A DNA stretch of 64,000 nucleotides. Origin: the human T2T-CHM13v2.0 reference genome, Homo sapiens. The notes beneath the pieces are model-generated. The model did no database searches. It was not told where the DNA came from and saw only the letters and a list, made by a program, of their open reading frames with translations. This document shows, one piece after another, positions 32,511 to 48,750 of the stretch; within the stretch, counting starts at the first letter, position 1, and each line of letters begins with the position of its first letter. The DNA is taken from the NCBI RefSeq assembly GCF_009914755.1, contig NC_060939.1. One strand, 5' to 3'. Made by a program: the position numbers and the translations under genes.

Positions 32511-34091
32511 CTGACAAAATTAAGCATAAATTTCTATTTTGTTCCTGCAAATAGCAAATCTTTATTTTCTCATCATAATTGAGACGTGATTGTTGTAAAA
32601 AGAAATCAAGTGTAGGAAATTACGCAGAAAGGAAAGACTCCTTGTAAATATCATCCCCCAGCACCTTGCTGTACCTTCCCAAAAAGTTATTAATAGTTTG
32701 ATTTTATTGATGCAAGTAAGTTTTTTGTAAATAAAACTCAACTCCAGCTATTTTATGCTTTTTCAGCTTTACAATATATTGCAGACATATTTCCATATCT
32801 ATATATGTATCTATTTTATTGTTGTGATTGGCTGCATGGTATTCCATCATACAAATGTATCATAATATATTTAACAAAATCTCCCATTCATATACATTTA
32901 GGTTTTTTCTCCTCTTTTACTGTTTTTTTGAGTAACAATTTTTTTTTTTTTAGTCCATACTACGTGCAAGGCAATAAGCTAAGTATCTCTCAGAATTATT
33001 TTCTTTAGCCTTCACGGTCGTTAGCATTGTTACCTCTAAGCCATAAAGGTGTTAAATACTTTGCTTAAGTTGTCCAGATACTAAGCAACAGATCTGGCAT
33101 ACAGAGCAAGGTCAATTTCAGAGCCTAAGCCTTTAAGCGGTATATTTATAATTCTGCTTGTCCATCTTCCCAATTATTAACAATTACTAATTAACGACAC
33201 TGTGTGGACATCCCTATGTGTAGCTTTGTGCAGTTGACCTCTCATTTCATTCTGCAGTGACATTGACTGAGTGCGTCCTAAGTGTGAAGTCCTGCTGTGG
33301 GCACTGGGATTCCATGAGGAATGAGCTTTAGCCAGTCTTTCAAGAACAATGATGAGTGGATATGCCCTTATCTATCTGGGTGGAAATGCCTTTATTTATC
33401 TAGCTCCTTCTTGCGATTGACTATATAGCAGGCCTTTGGAGGTAATATATTACCTCCATATTGGAGGTAATATATACTGATTGGGAAATCCCTTTCCTGA
33501 CTTATCCTGTGCCCCAGGGGCCTGGATCTTGTTGAGGCCCACCTGATGCCCCGCTCATGCCTGTGCACTGATGGTTAGGTTCTCCTTCCAGGATGCTGAA
33601 AGTGCAATGGTCCCTGTGAGGGGCTTCTCCAGGATCTTAAGGACTTTTCTGAGGAGCAGCATTGAGAATCTTCCCTGATGGCTCTTGACTTGTCTTCTGC
33701 TCTGAGGTCAGCCCACTGTGGCTCCTTGTCACTCTGATGTTGGTTGGTTACCTGGAGTGCATCATTCTGTGGTCCTAGCTGAGATGGTTTCCTTGAGAAC
33801 ACTTCACATGATGTTGGTGCAGGAAAAGTCTGTTGGAAAGGGCCTCTGAAACACTCATCTGCCGTTCATTCACTGAACATGCAAATGCCCCTTCTTTGTG
33901 TCAACCCCCATCAAAGCTTTGGGGACAAAAAATGAATGAGACTATGTCTATCTCTCCTCTCCAGGAGGTAACAGTATAGAGGAAGAAAGATAACAGATAT
34001 GAAACTAACTTCAACACAACTTGCTTAAATTACCAGTTGGGAAACTGAGGCCCAGAGACACTGTCTTCCTAGTCCTGTGTACAATGTATAG

Positions 34092-34472
<381 letters not shown>

Positions 34473-37400
34473 TAGAAAGAGAAAGAACCATACATTTCTT
34501 CATTTCTTATCATTGAGTTATTCTTTAATTGACAAAGACAAAAATTACCCCCTGGGCTAGAGTGACCAAACTTTAAAAATTGCCTTTGATGTAGGACACT
34601 GTTGGAGAATTCAGCAATTTGAAACACATTTTACCAGCTAGTTCTTCTCTCTCCATGTGGTTATTTACCCTCCCAAAGATCTCCAGTGAGTTAAATGTAT
34701 TTTATCCAGGTGGAAATACTGTGGCCTTTCCTCCGGTAGGTTAGCTTTGCCTAGCACAAAAACAGGCACATGACAGTTTCTCAACAAGTGCTTGTTGAAT
34801 GAAAAAAAAAAAAAAATGAAAAGGAAGGAAGGAAGGAGGAGGAAGGGAGGGACAGACTAACAGATCCTGCTTCACAGTACATATTCTGCAAGTTTTTTGA
34901 ACTTCTTTAAAGGAGAGGAACTATCCATTTCTTTTCAATTCAGCTCTATCCTTTTGGCTCTGCATTTTCTAAATAAATGACAGCTCTGCCATGGTAAAAA
35001 CATATACTGATAACTATGATGATGAGTCAGTCCTGCCCCACTTTTTTTTTGGCACAGTGTCCTTACCCAAGATGTGATGGGGAGACCCCTTCCAGATCTA
35101 GTATTCTGTGGAAGATATAACCAAAGAACAAATACACTAGCTCTGTTGGGGAGGTGTGGGGAAGCCTCCAGGGAGTTGGAGAGCAGTTTTCTAGGGAGCT
35201 GCAGAACTTCTCGGTTTTTCTGCTTGGAAGTAAAACAACTGATCGCATTAGCTTAGCCATGTTAGAAACCTTCATTGTGCTTCCCCCCCGGAATCCTCTG
35301 GAGGAGACCCACAAGGCTGTCTTGTGGAGGGCCCACCAGAGGCAGAGAAAATCTGGCAAGAGTTTGACAAGTCGTCATAGAGCCTGGGGAAAGATAAGGG
35401 AAAGCTCATTAGTTCCAACCTTTCGAAGGCAGCTGGACTGGAGGAATGGCATGGGCTTGCCCCCCAGCTCTGCTGACATTTGGTTCCATTAGGGAGCAAT
35501 AGCTGGTTCCAATGTCCTGAGCTCAATTACTGAAGCTAAGCTGAACCATGTGACCACAGCACTGTGTTTTCAATTATTCTCTCTCCCTTCCTCCCTCTCG
35601 ATGCCAGGCCTGGAGGGAAGGCAATCTCCCACAGAAGTCCAATTCTGGCTTCTCTACTACAGCTCTTTTGCAATTGTTCTCTTCCTTTAAAAAAAAAAAT
35701 CCATAATGACAAGGCTCATTTTGAAAACTGCCTTCACTCTTAACCAAAGTGTTAATGCCTTGCCCCCTGGTTCATTGCCATCTCCCATCCCATGGGCCCT
35801 GCCATCCCACATGAGAGCCTAGGTCATGAAAGTGGTGATTCTCTTGGGAAGAGCTTGTTTTTTCAAAGCTGCCGGTACTCATCAGACACTCCTGCAAATG
35901 GTGCATTGGGATTAGCACAGTTTCCACCAAGGAATTTGATCCCTCTGTTCTCTTAAATGCTACATGCAGCCAACTATTCCACCACTGAGTGAAGCACACA
36001 GCCTTGCACCTAGCCCCAAAGGCCCCCAAATGTTTTTTTGTCCTGGAAAATGCCTAGTGAGTGACCTTACTATTGCTGGGACAGTTATTGTACATTGGAA
36101 GAGGATGTGGAAGGGAAAGGGAATTGGGTTTGCATTCCAAGAACCCATGCAGACTGTGGCAATTCTTGGTGGGACAAGAATGCGAGAGGCTGTTATACCA
36201 GAATCTGACACTGGAGGATGAAGGGGGCAGAGTTGAGGCCTTGACTGGGTATGATGGCTTCTCTCCTAGGCTTGGGGTGGGATAAGAGAGTTTCAAAAAC
36301 CCTCTCGGCCCTTGGATGTCACTGTTTTCCATGCCTTATGCCAGCAACGGCAAAGAGAAGAGCTACTATTCCAGGAGGGTTTTTTTTTTTTTTTTTAAGC
36401 AAAAAGAAAGTCTTTTGGTTTGCATAACTGCATAGGTCAATGCAGTTTCAGGCATGGCTGGATCTAGATGCCCATATGATAATGTCTGAACTCAGTCCCT
36501 CTCAGATTTTCTCTCTGTCCTCCTTCCTTTATCTCTACCTCTCTCCCCACCTCTATGAGTTCTGTACCTTCTGTGTTGGCTTCACTCACAGGCAGCCTCT
36601 CTACATGGTCGCCCTCAGCATCCCCATGTTTATATCTTTCCTGTTTAGCACCAGCAAAGTCCAGAAGGATTTTAACACAGCACTGATTATCTTACAAATT
36701 TCCAAATGCCTAATGGACCAGTGTTAGCTGTGACCAACACACACTCACAGACACACACACACACACACACACACACATACCCACACACATCTTTCCCTGT
36801 GAAACCCTGGTGAACTATGGAACTCCTAAGGAAGTGATCAAAATGGAAAGAAGTTTGGACATATTAATATTTATAGCGACATTTGTGTGGAGAGTTACTA
36901 GTTTTGGGAAGTGGAATTGGCAGGATGCAGAGAAACTCTTGGATTGGGGATGGGGGCAGAGGAACATTCACAATTTGCATTTGGAAGATGACATCTGGAA
37001 CTAAAGGCAATAATGAGGTAAAAGAGAAAACTACTCTAAAAGCTTAAAACGTATGTATTCTTCTGCCAATGGATCTGAGCATTGATATACTGGTTAACAA
37101 ATCCTCTCAAAATGCAGCAAGCTTTTTAACCAAGCAGATTTGGCCTCTGGACTTTGGTTCATGGCACTGGGGTTTGTAAAAGGCAGACCTGATACAACAG
37201 TTTCAGTGGCTGTAGGGAAAGGAAGCTGACTCTGTGGGCTGAGGCTTGAAGAGGAGGTAAGCATGAGGGGAGGAAGTACAAAGTGCAGAACATTTTCTCA
37301 AGAAGACATGAAGGGGATAAAGGAAAAGCAAGTGACAAGAGGAGGACATGGAGTTAACATATAGTGTTTGAAAGACAGAAAATGTTTGAGTGTGTTCATG

Positions 37401-39303
37401 TGCTGAGGATAAAGATCCAGCACAGAGGAAGAGACTGAGGCTAAAGGTGAGAAAGGCAATAATCAATGAGACGGTAGAGCCAGGGTAAAGCATGCAGGCT
37501 TAAGAGCCAGATTGCCTGGTTTGATTCCTGCTTTTACTGAGTCCTAGCTGTGTGATCTTGAGAAAGTCACCTAACCTCTCTGTGCCTTAGTATCTCTTCT
37601 GTAAAATGAGGATATTGATGGAGGCTACCACAGAGTTTATGAGAACTAAATAGTAAAGCAATGAGAGCAATGCCTGGCACACCATAGTGAAGTTTTCAAA
37701 CAGACATTGTTGGAAATGTGTTATCAAGCTGATTACTGAAACAGTACTACTGTTGGCCAGAGCTGGAGGCCCAGTTGGTGGCCACGAATGTTTCATGATA
37801 CCAATCTGTTCAGGAGTGAGAGTGTCTCCTTCAAGGCTTAGAGACCCACAGTCAGGCATGAACTCTGCAGAGGCTTGGATTTGTCTGTGATTGGAGTTTT
37901 ACTATCATTTGAGATGGAAGGACATGGAGTACAAAACTTAGGCATGTTGACAAGAGGGTGCTTGATAAAATGGATCAAAACCGAATTAATTTATACTAAA
38001 GCATCAAACACAGTGCCTGATATATTGTAGACTTTCAATCAATCATTAATTCATTTTTGTTTATTGCTATTGATTACTGGGATGGTTGGTGAATAAATTG
38101 ATAAAATCAAAGAGCTAATACAGAAAACAATAAATGTGTGCAATTCGAGTGCTGAAAAACAGTCTATTTTTAGGCAGAAATTCTCCTTTTGGAGGATATG
38201 TGAAAGGGTTTTGATGTAATGAAATGTTATTAGGTCTCTGCTATTCCTTATTCAATACTGGATGTGCGCAAACAGCAGTACCAATGGGCCAAGAGCATCC
38301 CACAATTTGTTGTTCTGGCCACAGCCTCTCTTTTGTGGCTTGGGCCTGAGTCAGAACTTTTTAGGATACAGCATCAGGGCTCCTTTCACCACCTGCTTCA
38401 TGGAAACTGAATCCATGGGAGGCTCCTCTTGGCAAAGCTGAGCCAGGATGTTGGCCTGACTGGAAAGCCCATCTTTGGTCTCTCTGGCTGTGAGAGTTTG
38501 ACCCAGTGGGGATAGGTGATGAAGCAGGAGCCCCTGGGCCTGACTGTGACTCTGGCCAAGTGTTTGACTTTAGGCCTGGAGAAAGGCACTCATGTTTGCC
38601 AGGAGCCTGTTATGTGCTCATCCCTTTGGCAGGCACTTGCCAAGTGTCACCTTCTTTTATGCTCACATCAACTCTGGCAGGTCAGTGTTAGGTAAGACTT
38701 CCAACCTTCCTAGCCTTGGGCTCTTCATCTGTCAATGGAGGACATAAGACATCAGTGGTCTTCAGACTCAGCTCCATGGATTCTGGGGTTTCTTTGGAGA
38801 TGCCATGGGAGTTATCAAGGGTGAAGTTACCAAGGGGACCAGGAAAGTGGAACTTAGTTTTGGTTTTCCCATCTTTGGTCTGCTCTATAGACTGGAGTTC
38901 ACTGCACACTTTTGTTTAAAGAATGGCTTCCAAGTTTAAAAACCTCACAAAGTACTGGCCTCTAAGATCCCTAAACTGTCTCCTGTAACTTATTACTGGC
39001 TCTTCTGCTAGTGCCTTGGGTTGGTACTTCCCCTCTCTGCACCTCAGTTCCCTTGTCTATAGAATGAGAAGCTCTGGGGCTAGGTCTCCATGACACTGGG
39101 AGTGGAGTGGGTGTTAACCGCTTGGGTTAACTGAGCCCCATTTGGCTGGCACACTGGAAGGGCCAGTGATCTTAAAGGATGATCTGCCCATCTGTCCTGC
39201 TTCACGGGCACCAAGAACCCGTGGCTCAGATCCAGGACTCGTGTGCAGCTCCACTTGTCAGCAGCAAGTCACATTGCTTCTTCCCATTTCCTCTTTCCTC
39301 TAG

Positions 39304-39404
39304 GGACTCATGAAGTGGCAGCTAAGCCCTGTCCAGTGGCCACCCGTCAGCCAAGGGCCAGAGACCAGGAAAGGAAGAAAGGCAGCTTCACTTCCTCTTT
39401 GAGG
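39304..39404 (+). other. IL16: 5' UTR part of IL16 exon 2
   Basis: Strong acceptor ttcttcccatttcctctttcctctag|G (AG at 39302-39303), 101 nt upstream of the ATG. Confidence 0.88.
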
Positions 39405-39716
39405 ATGGAGTCGCACAGCCGCGCTGGAAAGAGCAGAAAATCTGCAAAATTTCGGTCCATCTCCAGGTCCCTGATGCTCTGTAATGCTAAGACCAGTGAT
39501 GATGGCTCTAGCCCTGATGAGAAATATCCTGATCCCTTTGAGATTTCCTTGGCCCAGGGCAAGGAGGGAATTTTCCACTCATCTGTGCAGCTGGCAGACA
39601 CATCGGAGGCTGGGCCCAGCAGTGTTCCTGATCTAGCACTGGCCTCGGAGGCTGCTCAACTCCAAGCAGCTGGGAATGATCGAGGCAAGACCTGTAGGAG
39701 GATATTCTTCATGAAG
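39405..39716 (+). CDS. IL16: First coding exon of interleukin-16, long (neuronal, PDZ-containing) pro-IL-16 isoform; codons 1-104, phase-0 donor; remaining exons lie beyond the window
   Basis: Translation [57 protein letters not shown]...RRIFFMK recognised as the IL-16 long-isoform N-terminus; strong Kozak context (AGGATGG); donor AAG|GTATGC after 39716; 312 nt. Confidence 0.93.
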
Positions 39717-41154
39717 GTATGCCCAGGCTTTGCAGGCCTGAACTAGCCTGCAGTTGGTTTCTGGTGCTGTGAATTAAAGTCTTTGAATCCATTTATTCAA
39801 AAATCATGAAGCTGCAGAGTTATAATTCTGAAAGAGAGCAAGAAAAAAGTTGAGGCAGGGCCCACTGGAACTGTAACAATGAGTATGGGAGTGAATCAGG
39901 CTCAGTTAACACTCTTGCTTGAGAGGTTCAGGGAAGCACTATGTCACTCCAAGGTAAACTGAGCCTAGATCCCTGATGGAAAATGCCAGATGCAGTAGTC
40001 AATACACTGGGAAGCTCTTTTCTCTAGACAGGCATTATAGAGCATACCATAGGCAGGCCAAATCACATCTTTCTTGTAGACTTATAGAAACAGACTTATA
40101 GGGCCTGGGCAGAGAAGGAGGCCTTATGGCAAGCAAGGTAAGGGGTGCCGGATGAGTGAGTTTGTTCCCTGAATGCTGACTGTGAACATTTTCCAGGTAC
40201 CTTCTGCCATTTTCAACATAGGTGTAGATGCTGAAGGTGGCAAGTGGAGCCATCAATAGGGGAGGGGGAAATAAGCAGTGTCTGGGGACCTGCCAGAATT
40301 CAGAATGTTTTCCTTTCTGTTATATCATATTTCAATTTTTGTCATCATAATGAGATGGAGATTGCAGAATACCAGAAATCTAGACCAAGTAAAATATTTT
40401 GCTATCAAGTGCTGTGGCTTCTATCAAAGGTGAGATTTTTCAAGAGTCCAGATGGCCCTAAACCATGGGATCAGTGCTGCTAACGCAGTGATAAGCCAAC
40501 ATACAGACATTTCTCCTATAGCCTACTGCCAGTCTATGCATTTAAATAGGGAAGACATTCCAGTACCTTTGAAAGGGGTCTGTCACCTCTGTACAGCTTG
40601 CCTTCTTCAGGAGGGAAATCACTATTTAACACACATAATAAACAACATTTGTGTTAAGGGCCTTAAGGACTCCACAGCATCCTTAAGAGCCTCACCCAGC
40701 CCAGTCTGCTCTATAACCCATGATGTGACTTCTATTAATATGTCCTGCACTCACTTAATTGGGTAGAAGGAGAAGCCATCAGCCCAGTGGGTTTGGGGGA
40801 GGCTCGCCAGGCTCCCAGGCTGCCATTAATGATGTGAAAAAATCTAATCCACCAACTGAGAGTCAAATTTATTAGTGACATTATGAATGTATCTAGATTA
40901 GCGCTCACCTAAATGAAATTCAAAAAGTATTTCAAGACCTCAGCAGAATCCTAGAATGGATTATTCACATGCTTCCTCTTAATATCATAGGTATTTCCTG
41001 AGCACCTATTATCTGCAAGGCACAGTGGGGGTCCAGTCTTTGCCCCGAAATAACTCACTTAAGATAGAGTGAAAAATACACTACAAGAGGGGTGTAGGAG
41101 GGCTGTGGGAGGCTCAAAGGAAAAAGGCATCATGTCTCTGGGGATGCTGTCATT

Positions 41155-41930
41155 CCTTCCTTCATTCAGTAAATACTTAAGCCAGGCACGGGAGTGAGCA
41201 AAACAGACTCAGTCCTATTGCAACTTTTATTCTGATTTGGGGATATAGATAATAACAACTTGATATATAATATAATATTATATTAAGTAGTGAAGGACTA
41301 TGAAGACATATTAAGCAGGATAAGGGGATAGAGAGTGATGAGGAGGGGTTACTGCTTTTTATTGAAAAGGTAATCACAAAGGCTTCTCTAAAGATGTGAC
41401 ATTTTGGCAAGGACCTGAATGAAGTGGAGGGGGGTGCATCACGTGCCCACCTGGGGAAGGGCATTGCAGGCAGTGGGAACAGCATGTGCAAAGACAGGAA
41501 GCAAGAGTGTGCCTAGGAGCATCAAGGAGACCGGTATGCCTGGGGTAAAGAGGAAAGAGGAGGATGGTAGAAGACCAAGTTGAGGTGGCAGCCAGGGACC
41601 AGAACAAGGGCTGTGGCAAGGACTTGGAGTTTTATTCTACGAAGGATGGGAAGCCATGGGAGGATTTTGAGTAAGAAAGTGACATGCTCAGATTGGTGCT
41701 TTAAAAGGAGCACTCTGACTGCTGAGTGGAGAATGGAGTGTAGGGAGACCAGTGAGGGGGACTGCAGCAATAACCCAGGCCAGAAATGACGTGGCTTGGA
41801 CTGAGGTGGTGGTGGTAGAGGCACTGAGAATGGCCAAGGTAGGGATTTGTTGATGCAAGGATGTAGCATGTGAGAGAATGAGAGAAGTAAACTTCAACTG
41901 CAAGTTTCAGCCTGTGAGCACCTGGGGGTA
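41155..41930 (-). mobile_element. L2 fragment
   Basis: cattcagtaaatactt...gagtgagcaaaacagac...gggaagccatgggaggattttgagtaagaaagtgacatg. Confidence 0.75.
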
Positions 41931-42231
41931 GAAGTTTCAGCTTGAGCACCTGGGGGTAGTAGGGGAAGGAGGTGCCCTGTCCCAACATGCAAAACAGGAG
42001 GGGCTGGAAAAATGGTCAGGAAAATGGTGAGTTGTGCTCTTAAGGGTGCGCAGTTGTACTAAGCAGAGGTGGAGGGGAGAGAATTCCAGGCGAAGGGACA
42101 TGCGTCTGCAAAGACAGGCGAGGAGAGGTCTGAATGCTTATGCTGGGGTCTCCGGGCACAGGTGAGCACGTCTATCACTCTGTCCTTGTACCTATTCCAC
42201 AGCAGGAGGCTGGATACTTGAGAATGGCTAG

Positions 42232-43893
<1,662 letters not shown>

Positions 43894-45062
43894 GAGGCCC
43901 TGTGATGTTAGCCTCTCCTCTGGAAACGCCTAATATAAAAATTAAAGAAGAGGAAGTTATATAAACAGCCAACTTTTTTTTTTAAAGCCTTATTGGATGG
44001 GTTGTGTTTGGCCCAGAAAAGACTGGGTAAATTAATGCCCCAGGATGTGCCAAAGCGGGGCATGGGCGTGAAGAATCCAAACTAATTAAGCATTTGAATC
44101 TGTGTTGTGCATGAAAGTACTGATTAGGGCTGTTTGTTCTGGGGGAGCTTCTAGACCCCTGGAGATGAATTCAAATGGGAGAATGTCAAAAGTCAGGCTT
44201 CCTAAGTTAATAAACAAAAGCAAATACAATTTATCAGACTTAGAACTTTGAAAGAAGGAATACAGGGACTTACTGGCTACTCCAGCCCCTGTCTGTTTGC
44301 AAATGGGAAGAGTATTTTTAAATGCCCTTTAAGTAGGATGTTAAGGCCAAATGGAAGGCAGCTCAGTTAGAGGGAACGAAAGGTCAAACTCTCCCTCTCC
44401 TCTTTCCTCTCTTCCTTCTCCTTTCTTCCTTATTTCTTTCTCTTTCTTCAGACATTGGCAGGGACTTGTTATGAGCTGTCCTCTGGAGATAAAGAAATAG
44501 ATTTGATATTATACCCTCAGGGAACTTGCAGTCTAGAGAAGGGGGCAGGTGTAAGCATAGTTAATTCTGTCCCTTATCTCTTCCCCAACCTGAATGGCAT
44601 TCCTTGCTCAGTTTTCTTAAGGAAAGGTCTCAGCCAGAGAATGAGTAGTGGGGGAATTATATCCTACAAAGAGACTTCTAGGTTACCTTTCATTTCCCTA
44701 GAATATTCCACAATAATAGGATTTACACCCTTCATTATGGAGCTTCCCTAGAAGGAATGGGTACAGCTAAGATTTCTGTGAAATCTAAGCAATCTTAGAA
44801 ATCAGCAAATGAGCTCTGGTCAAGCTGACTCTCCTGTCCACCTCTCCAGGAGGCTCAGTATACATGGGTGGCGGACAAAGGTAGGATTCCCTGGAGAGTT
44901 AAAGGGCATCAGAGCATGGGGGATGCAGGTGAAGACGGAGGTGAAAATGCAGAGGGAGACAGTGGAGGAAGGGGAGAGAAAGCTGGAGGCAGGAGTGAGA
45001 GGGATCACTCCTACATCTCAGAAGTCAAACCTGGCCCCAGATTCACAAATAAATCATTTTCT

Positions 45063-45325
45063 GGCTGGGCACAGTGGCTCATGCCTGTAATCCCAGAATT
45101 TTGGGAGGCTGAGGTAGGTGGATCCCTTGAACCCAAGGAGGTTTTGAGACCAGCCTGGGCAGCATAACAATATAACATAATATAACAATAACATAACATA
45201 GCAACATAACATAACAATACCTTGTCTCTGAAAAAAGGAAGGCAAGCAGGCGGGCAGGAAAGGAGAGGAGAGCTGAGGAGACCAGAGGAGAGGAGGGGAG
45301 GGGAGGGGAGATCTACCCAAGGTCG

Positions 45326-45404
<79 letters not shown>

Positions 45405-45689
45405 CTTAAGACAGGGTCTTGCTTTGTCACCCAGGCTGGGATGCAATGGCATGAACATGGGCTCACCACAACCTCAACCTCCCAGGCTCAAGTGATCCCC
45501 CCTTTCAGCCTCCTGAGTAGTTGGGACTACAGGCACATGCCACCATGCCTGGCTAATTTTTGTATTTTTTGTAGAGGTGGGGTTTCACCATGTTGCCCAG
45601 GCTGTTCTCAAACTTGTGCATTCCAGCAATCCACTCACCTTGGCCTCCCACAGTGCTGGGATTACAAGAGTGAGCCACTCTGCTCGGCC
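45063..45689. mobile_element. Tail-to-tail Alu pair: left monomer (+, 45063-45235, with internal (CATAA)n) and AluJ (-, 45410-45689), separated by a GA-rich tract and (CT)n
   Basis: Read directly; (CT)n at ~45330-45400. Confidence 0.88.
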
Positions 45690-45699
45690 TACCCAAAGG

Positions 45700-47472
45700 T
45701 CATAAAGATATTTCCTCATGTTTTTTCTAGAAGCTTGGTTGTTTTATCTTTCACAATTGGATCTTTAATTCACATTAAATAAATTTTTGTATATGTTGTG
45801 AGTTAGCTGCTAACTTTTTTCCTACGTGAATATCCAATGTAGTCAACACCATTTTTTGGAAATCCTGTCCTCACCCCACTGCATAGCAGTGTCATCTCTC
45901 TTATAAGTCAAGGATCACATATGTATAGGTCTATTTCTGGTTTCTCTATTCTGATCTATTAGTCTTTTATTTTTCCTATTTTTGCACAGTTCAATTTACT
46001 GAAGCTTTCTAATAAGCTTTATGATATTTGGTCATGTAAGTCCTCCACATTTGTTCTTGTTTTTTTTTTTTTTTTTTTTTTTTTTCTTTTTTTTTTCACA
46101 TTTGTTCTTAAAACTAGACTTGGTTTTTCCGTTGGAATTTTTATTGGAATTGCTTTGGCTTTATAGATCAATCTGAAGAAGACTGACATCTTTACAGTAC
46201 TTGATATTCCAGTCCCTTTACATGATATATTTCTGCAAAGTTTGATTGGAGATTTTTGTTGTTGTTGTTTATTTTTCAGCATATCCAATCATTACCTACC
46301 ATTTCTGAATAAGCGGAGCTCTATTTCTCCCCTTCCAATTTTTATACTTTTTTCCCCTTTATTTTACAGGCTAAGGCCTACAGTGCAATGTCGAATAGAA
46401 GTGGTGATAACAGGCATCCTTGTCTCATTCCTAATCTCAAGGGGAAAGTTTCATTATTATTATGTCTGTACATATGATGTTTGTTGTAGTTTTTTTGTAG
46501 CTACCCTTCATTAGATTAAGGAAGTTTGCCTCTGTTCACAATTGGCAGAGGTTTTATTTTGCCCGCCACCCCCACCGCCAACATAAATTGTTGAATTTTG
46601 TGAAATGATTTTTTCCTGCATTTATTGAGATGCTCGTATGGAGTTTTATACTTTACTTTTTCATGTAGTGAATTGCACTAATTGACTTTTTTGAATGTTG
46701 AAACAACTTTGTCTTCCTGGAATAAACTCAATTTAGCTATGATGTATTGTCCTTTTAATATAACTCTGGATTTGATATGCTAATATTTTGTTAGTAATTG
46801 TTGCCACTTGTGTTTATGAGAGAGATAACCTAAAACTTTCCTTTCTGGTAATGTTTTGGTCTGGTTTTCAAACTATGGGTATTTTGACCTCATGAAATGA
46901 GTTAGGAAATACTTTCTCTTTTCCATTTTCTGGAATACTTTGACTTACATTGGTGCTATACTTTTTTAAAATGGTTGAAGAATTCACCTATGAGCCATCT
47001 GGGACTAGAGATTTCTTTTTGGAAAGGTTTTAAATTATCACTGTATTTATTTAGTAGAAATAGGACTATACAAATTTTCAACTTCTTTTGATATCAGTTT
47101 TGGTAAGATGCATTTTTCTTCTGAGAATTTGTTTCATTTGAATTTCCAAATTTATTAGCATGAAGTTGTTAATAAAAATCTTATATTTTTACTCAAATTT
47201 TGAGATAGTTGTAGATTTACATGAAGTTGTAAAGAATAATAGAAAGATCCTGTGTACCTTTTCCCAGTTTTCCCCAAAAGTAACATTTTGCATAACTCTA
47301 GTACAGTAGCACAACCAGCATATTGATTTTGATGCAAACCATTAACGTTACTCACATTTTCTCAGCTTTACTTACATTGATGTGCGTGTGTGTATACTTG
47401 TTATTTTTTAGGCATTGGTAAAAACCATAGTGATGTTCATTTTTCATTCCTAATATTGATACATATGTCTTC

Positions 47473-47516
<44 letters not shown>

Positions 47517-48750
47517 TTGATTGATTCCTAGACTAATTGTTCCATAGTTAAAGAAGAGAATGTATTGCGAATGATTTTAATCACTGGAAATTTGTTGAGA
47601 ATATATATACATGCATATACACACACACACATATATACACACAAAAAATGTGTATATATGTCTGTGTATGTGTATGCATATATATATCTGTATATACATA
47701 TATATTTGTTGAGTGCCATCTTCTATATTTGTCTATTAGGTCAAATTCCACAATAACCATTAATTTGCATGAATAGTCAAATAGAGAAGATATTTGTCTA
47801 CCCATTTCCCCTATGAATAGCTTGTTAGCTATTTTCCCAATCTTTTTTAACTTTATCAATTCCAGCTCTCAATTATTTGCTGAAAGAAGCATGTTAAAGC
47901 CTCTCATTATTATTGTAGATTGGTCTGTTTCTCCTTTTAGTTCTGTCAATTTTTGCCTTATATATTTTGAAGCTATACTCTATGTGCATAGACCTTTATA
48001 ACTTTTTATGTTTTCTTGGTTGATAAATGCTCTTACAATTTCGAAATATTCTTTTGACTAGTGCTGATTTTTTTCTGAAAAATTGTCTGATACTAGTATA
48101 GCTTCACCACTATCTTTTGGTGAGTGGTTGCGTGGTATATCTTTTTTCCTTCTTTATCTTCAATCTGTGTTCACATATTTAAAGTATATCACATGCAAGC
48201 ATCATATAATTATGTTGTTCTTCCTTCAATCTTTGTCTTTAGAATTGTAGGTGTTTACACTATTTACATTTAATATCATTTCAGATGTGTTTGGATCTAT
48301 GTGTACTCTCTTATTATTTAGTGTCTAATTGTCTCAAGTGTTTTATATTCTGTTTTCTCTCTCATCTTGCCCTCTTTTGGACTAACATAATTTTTACTAT
48401 TCCATTTCCCCTATGATTAGCTTGTTAGCTATAATTTTTTTACTTTTTTAATCATTAAAATATACAACATACAGTCTTAATATATTAGTCTTATATAAAT
48501 TTGTACTTTTTACTAGTTCTCAAATAATGCTAAAACCTTAGGACACACAACTCCATTTATACTTGCCCACTTTTTGGTATTATTGTCATGCATTTTAATT
48601 CTACATATATTTAAAACTCCAGACTATATCATTATTATTCTATAGAGTCAATATTCATGTACATTAATTTAAATGTTTACATTTTCCATTATTTTTCATT
48701 CCTTCCTGCATTTATGTGTTTCTCGGTAAGATCACTTCCTTTCTGCCTGC
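45700..48750 (-). mobile_element. Patchwork of ancient L1M fragments with (TG)n at 47479-47514
   Basis: T-rich degenerate L1 antisense motifs (tctatttctggtttctctattctg, aattcacctatgagccatctggg). Confidence 0.7.

Noticed and set aside
39243-39746. 167-aa ORF as a single-exon gene
   Set aside because: It starts at a non-ATG codon in the intron and runs past the donor at 39716; only 39405-39716 is the IL16 coding exon.
41902-41959. ~30-bp tandem duplication aagtttcagc..tgagcacctgggggtag
   Set aside because: Ordinary slippage duplication at the edge of an L2 remnant; no spacer array, so not CRISPR-like.
45011-45782. ORFs with (RE)n or (SL)n runs, and the many Alu-derived ORFs elsewhere
   Set aside because: Translations of (CT)n and Alu sequence.
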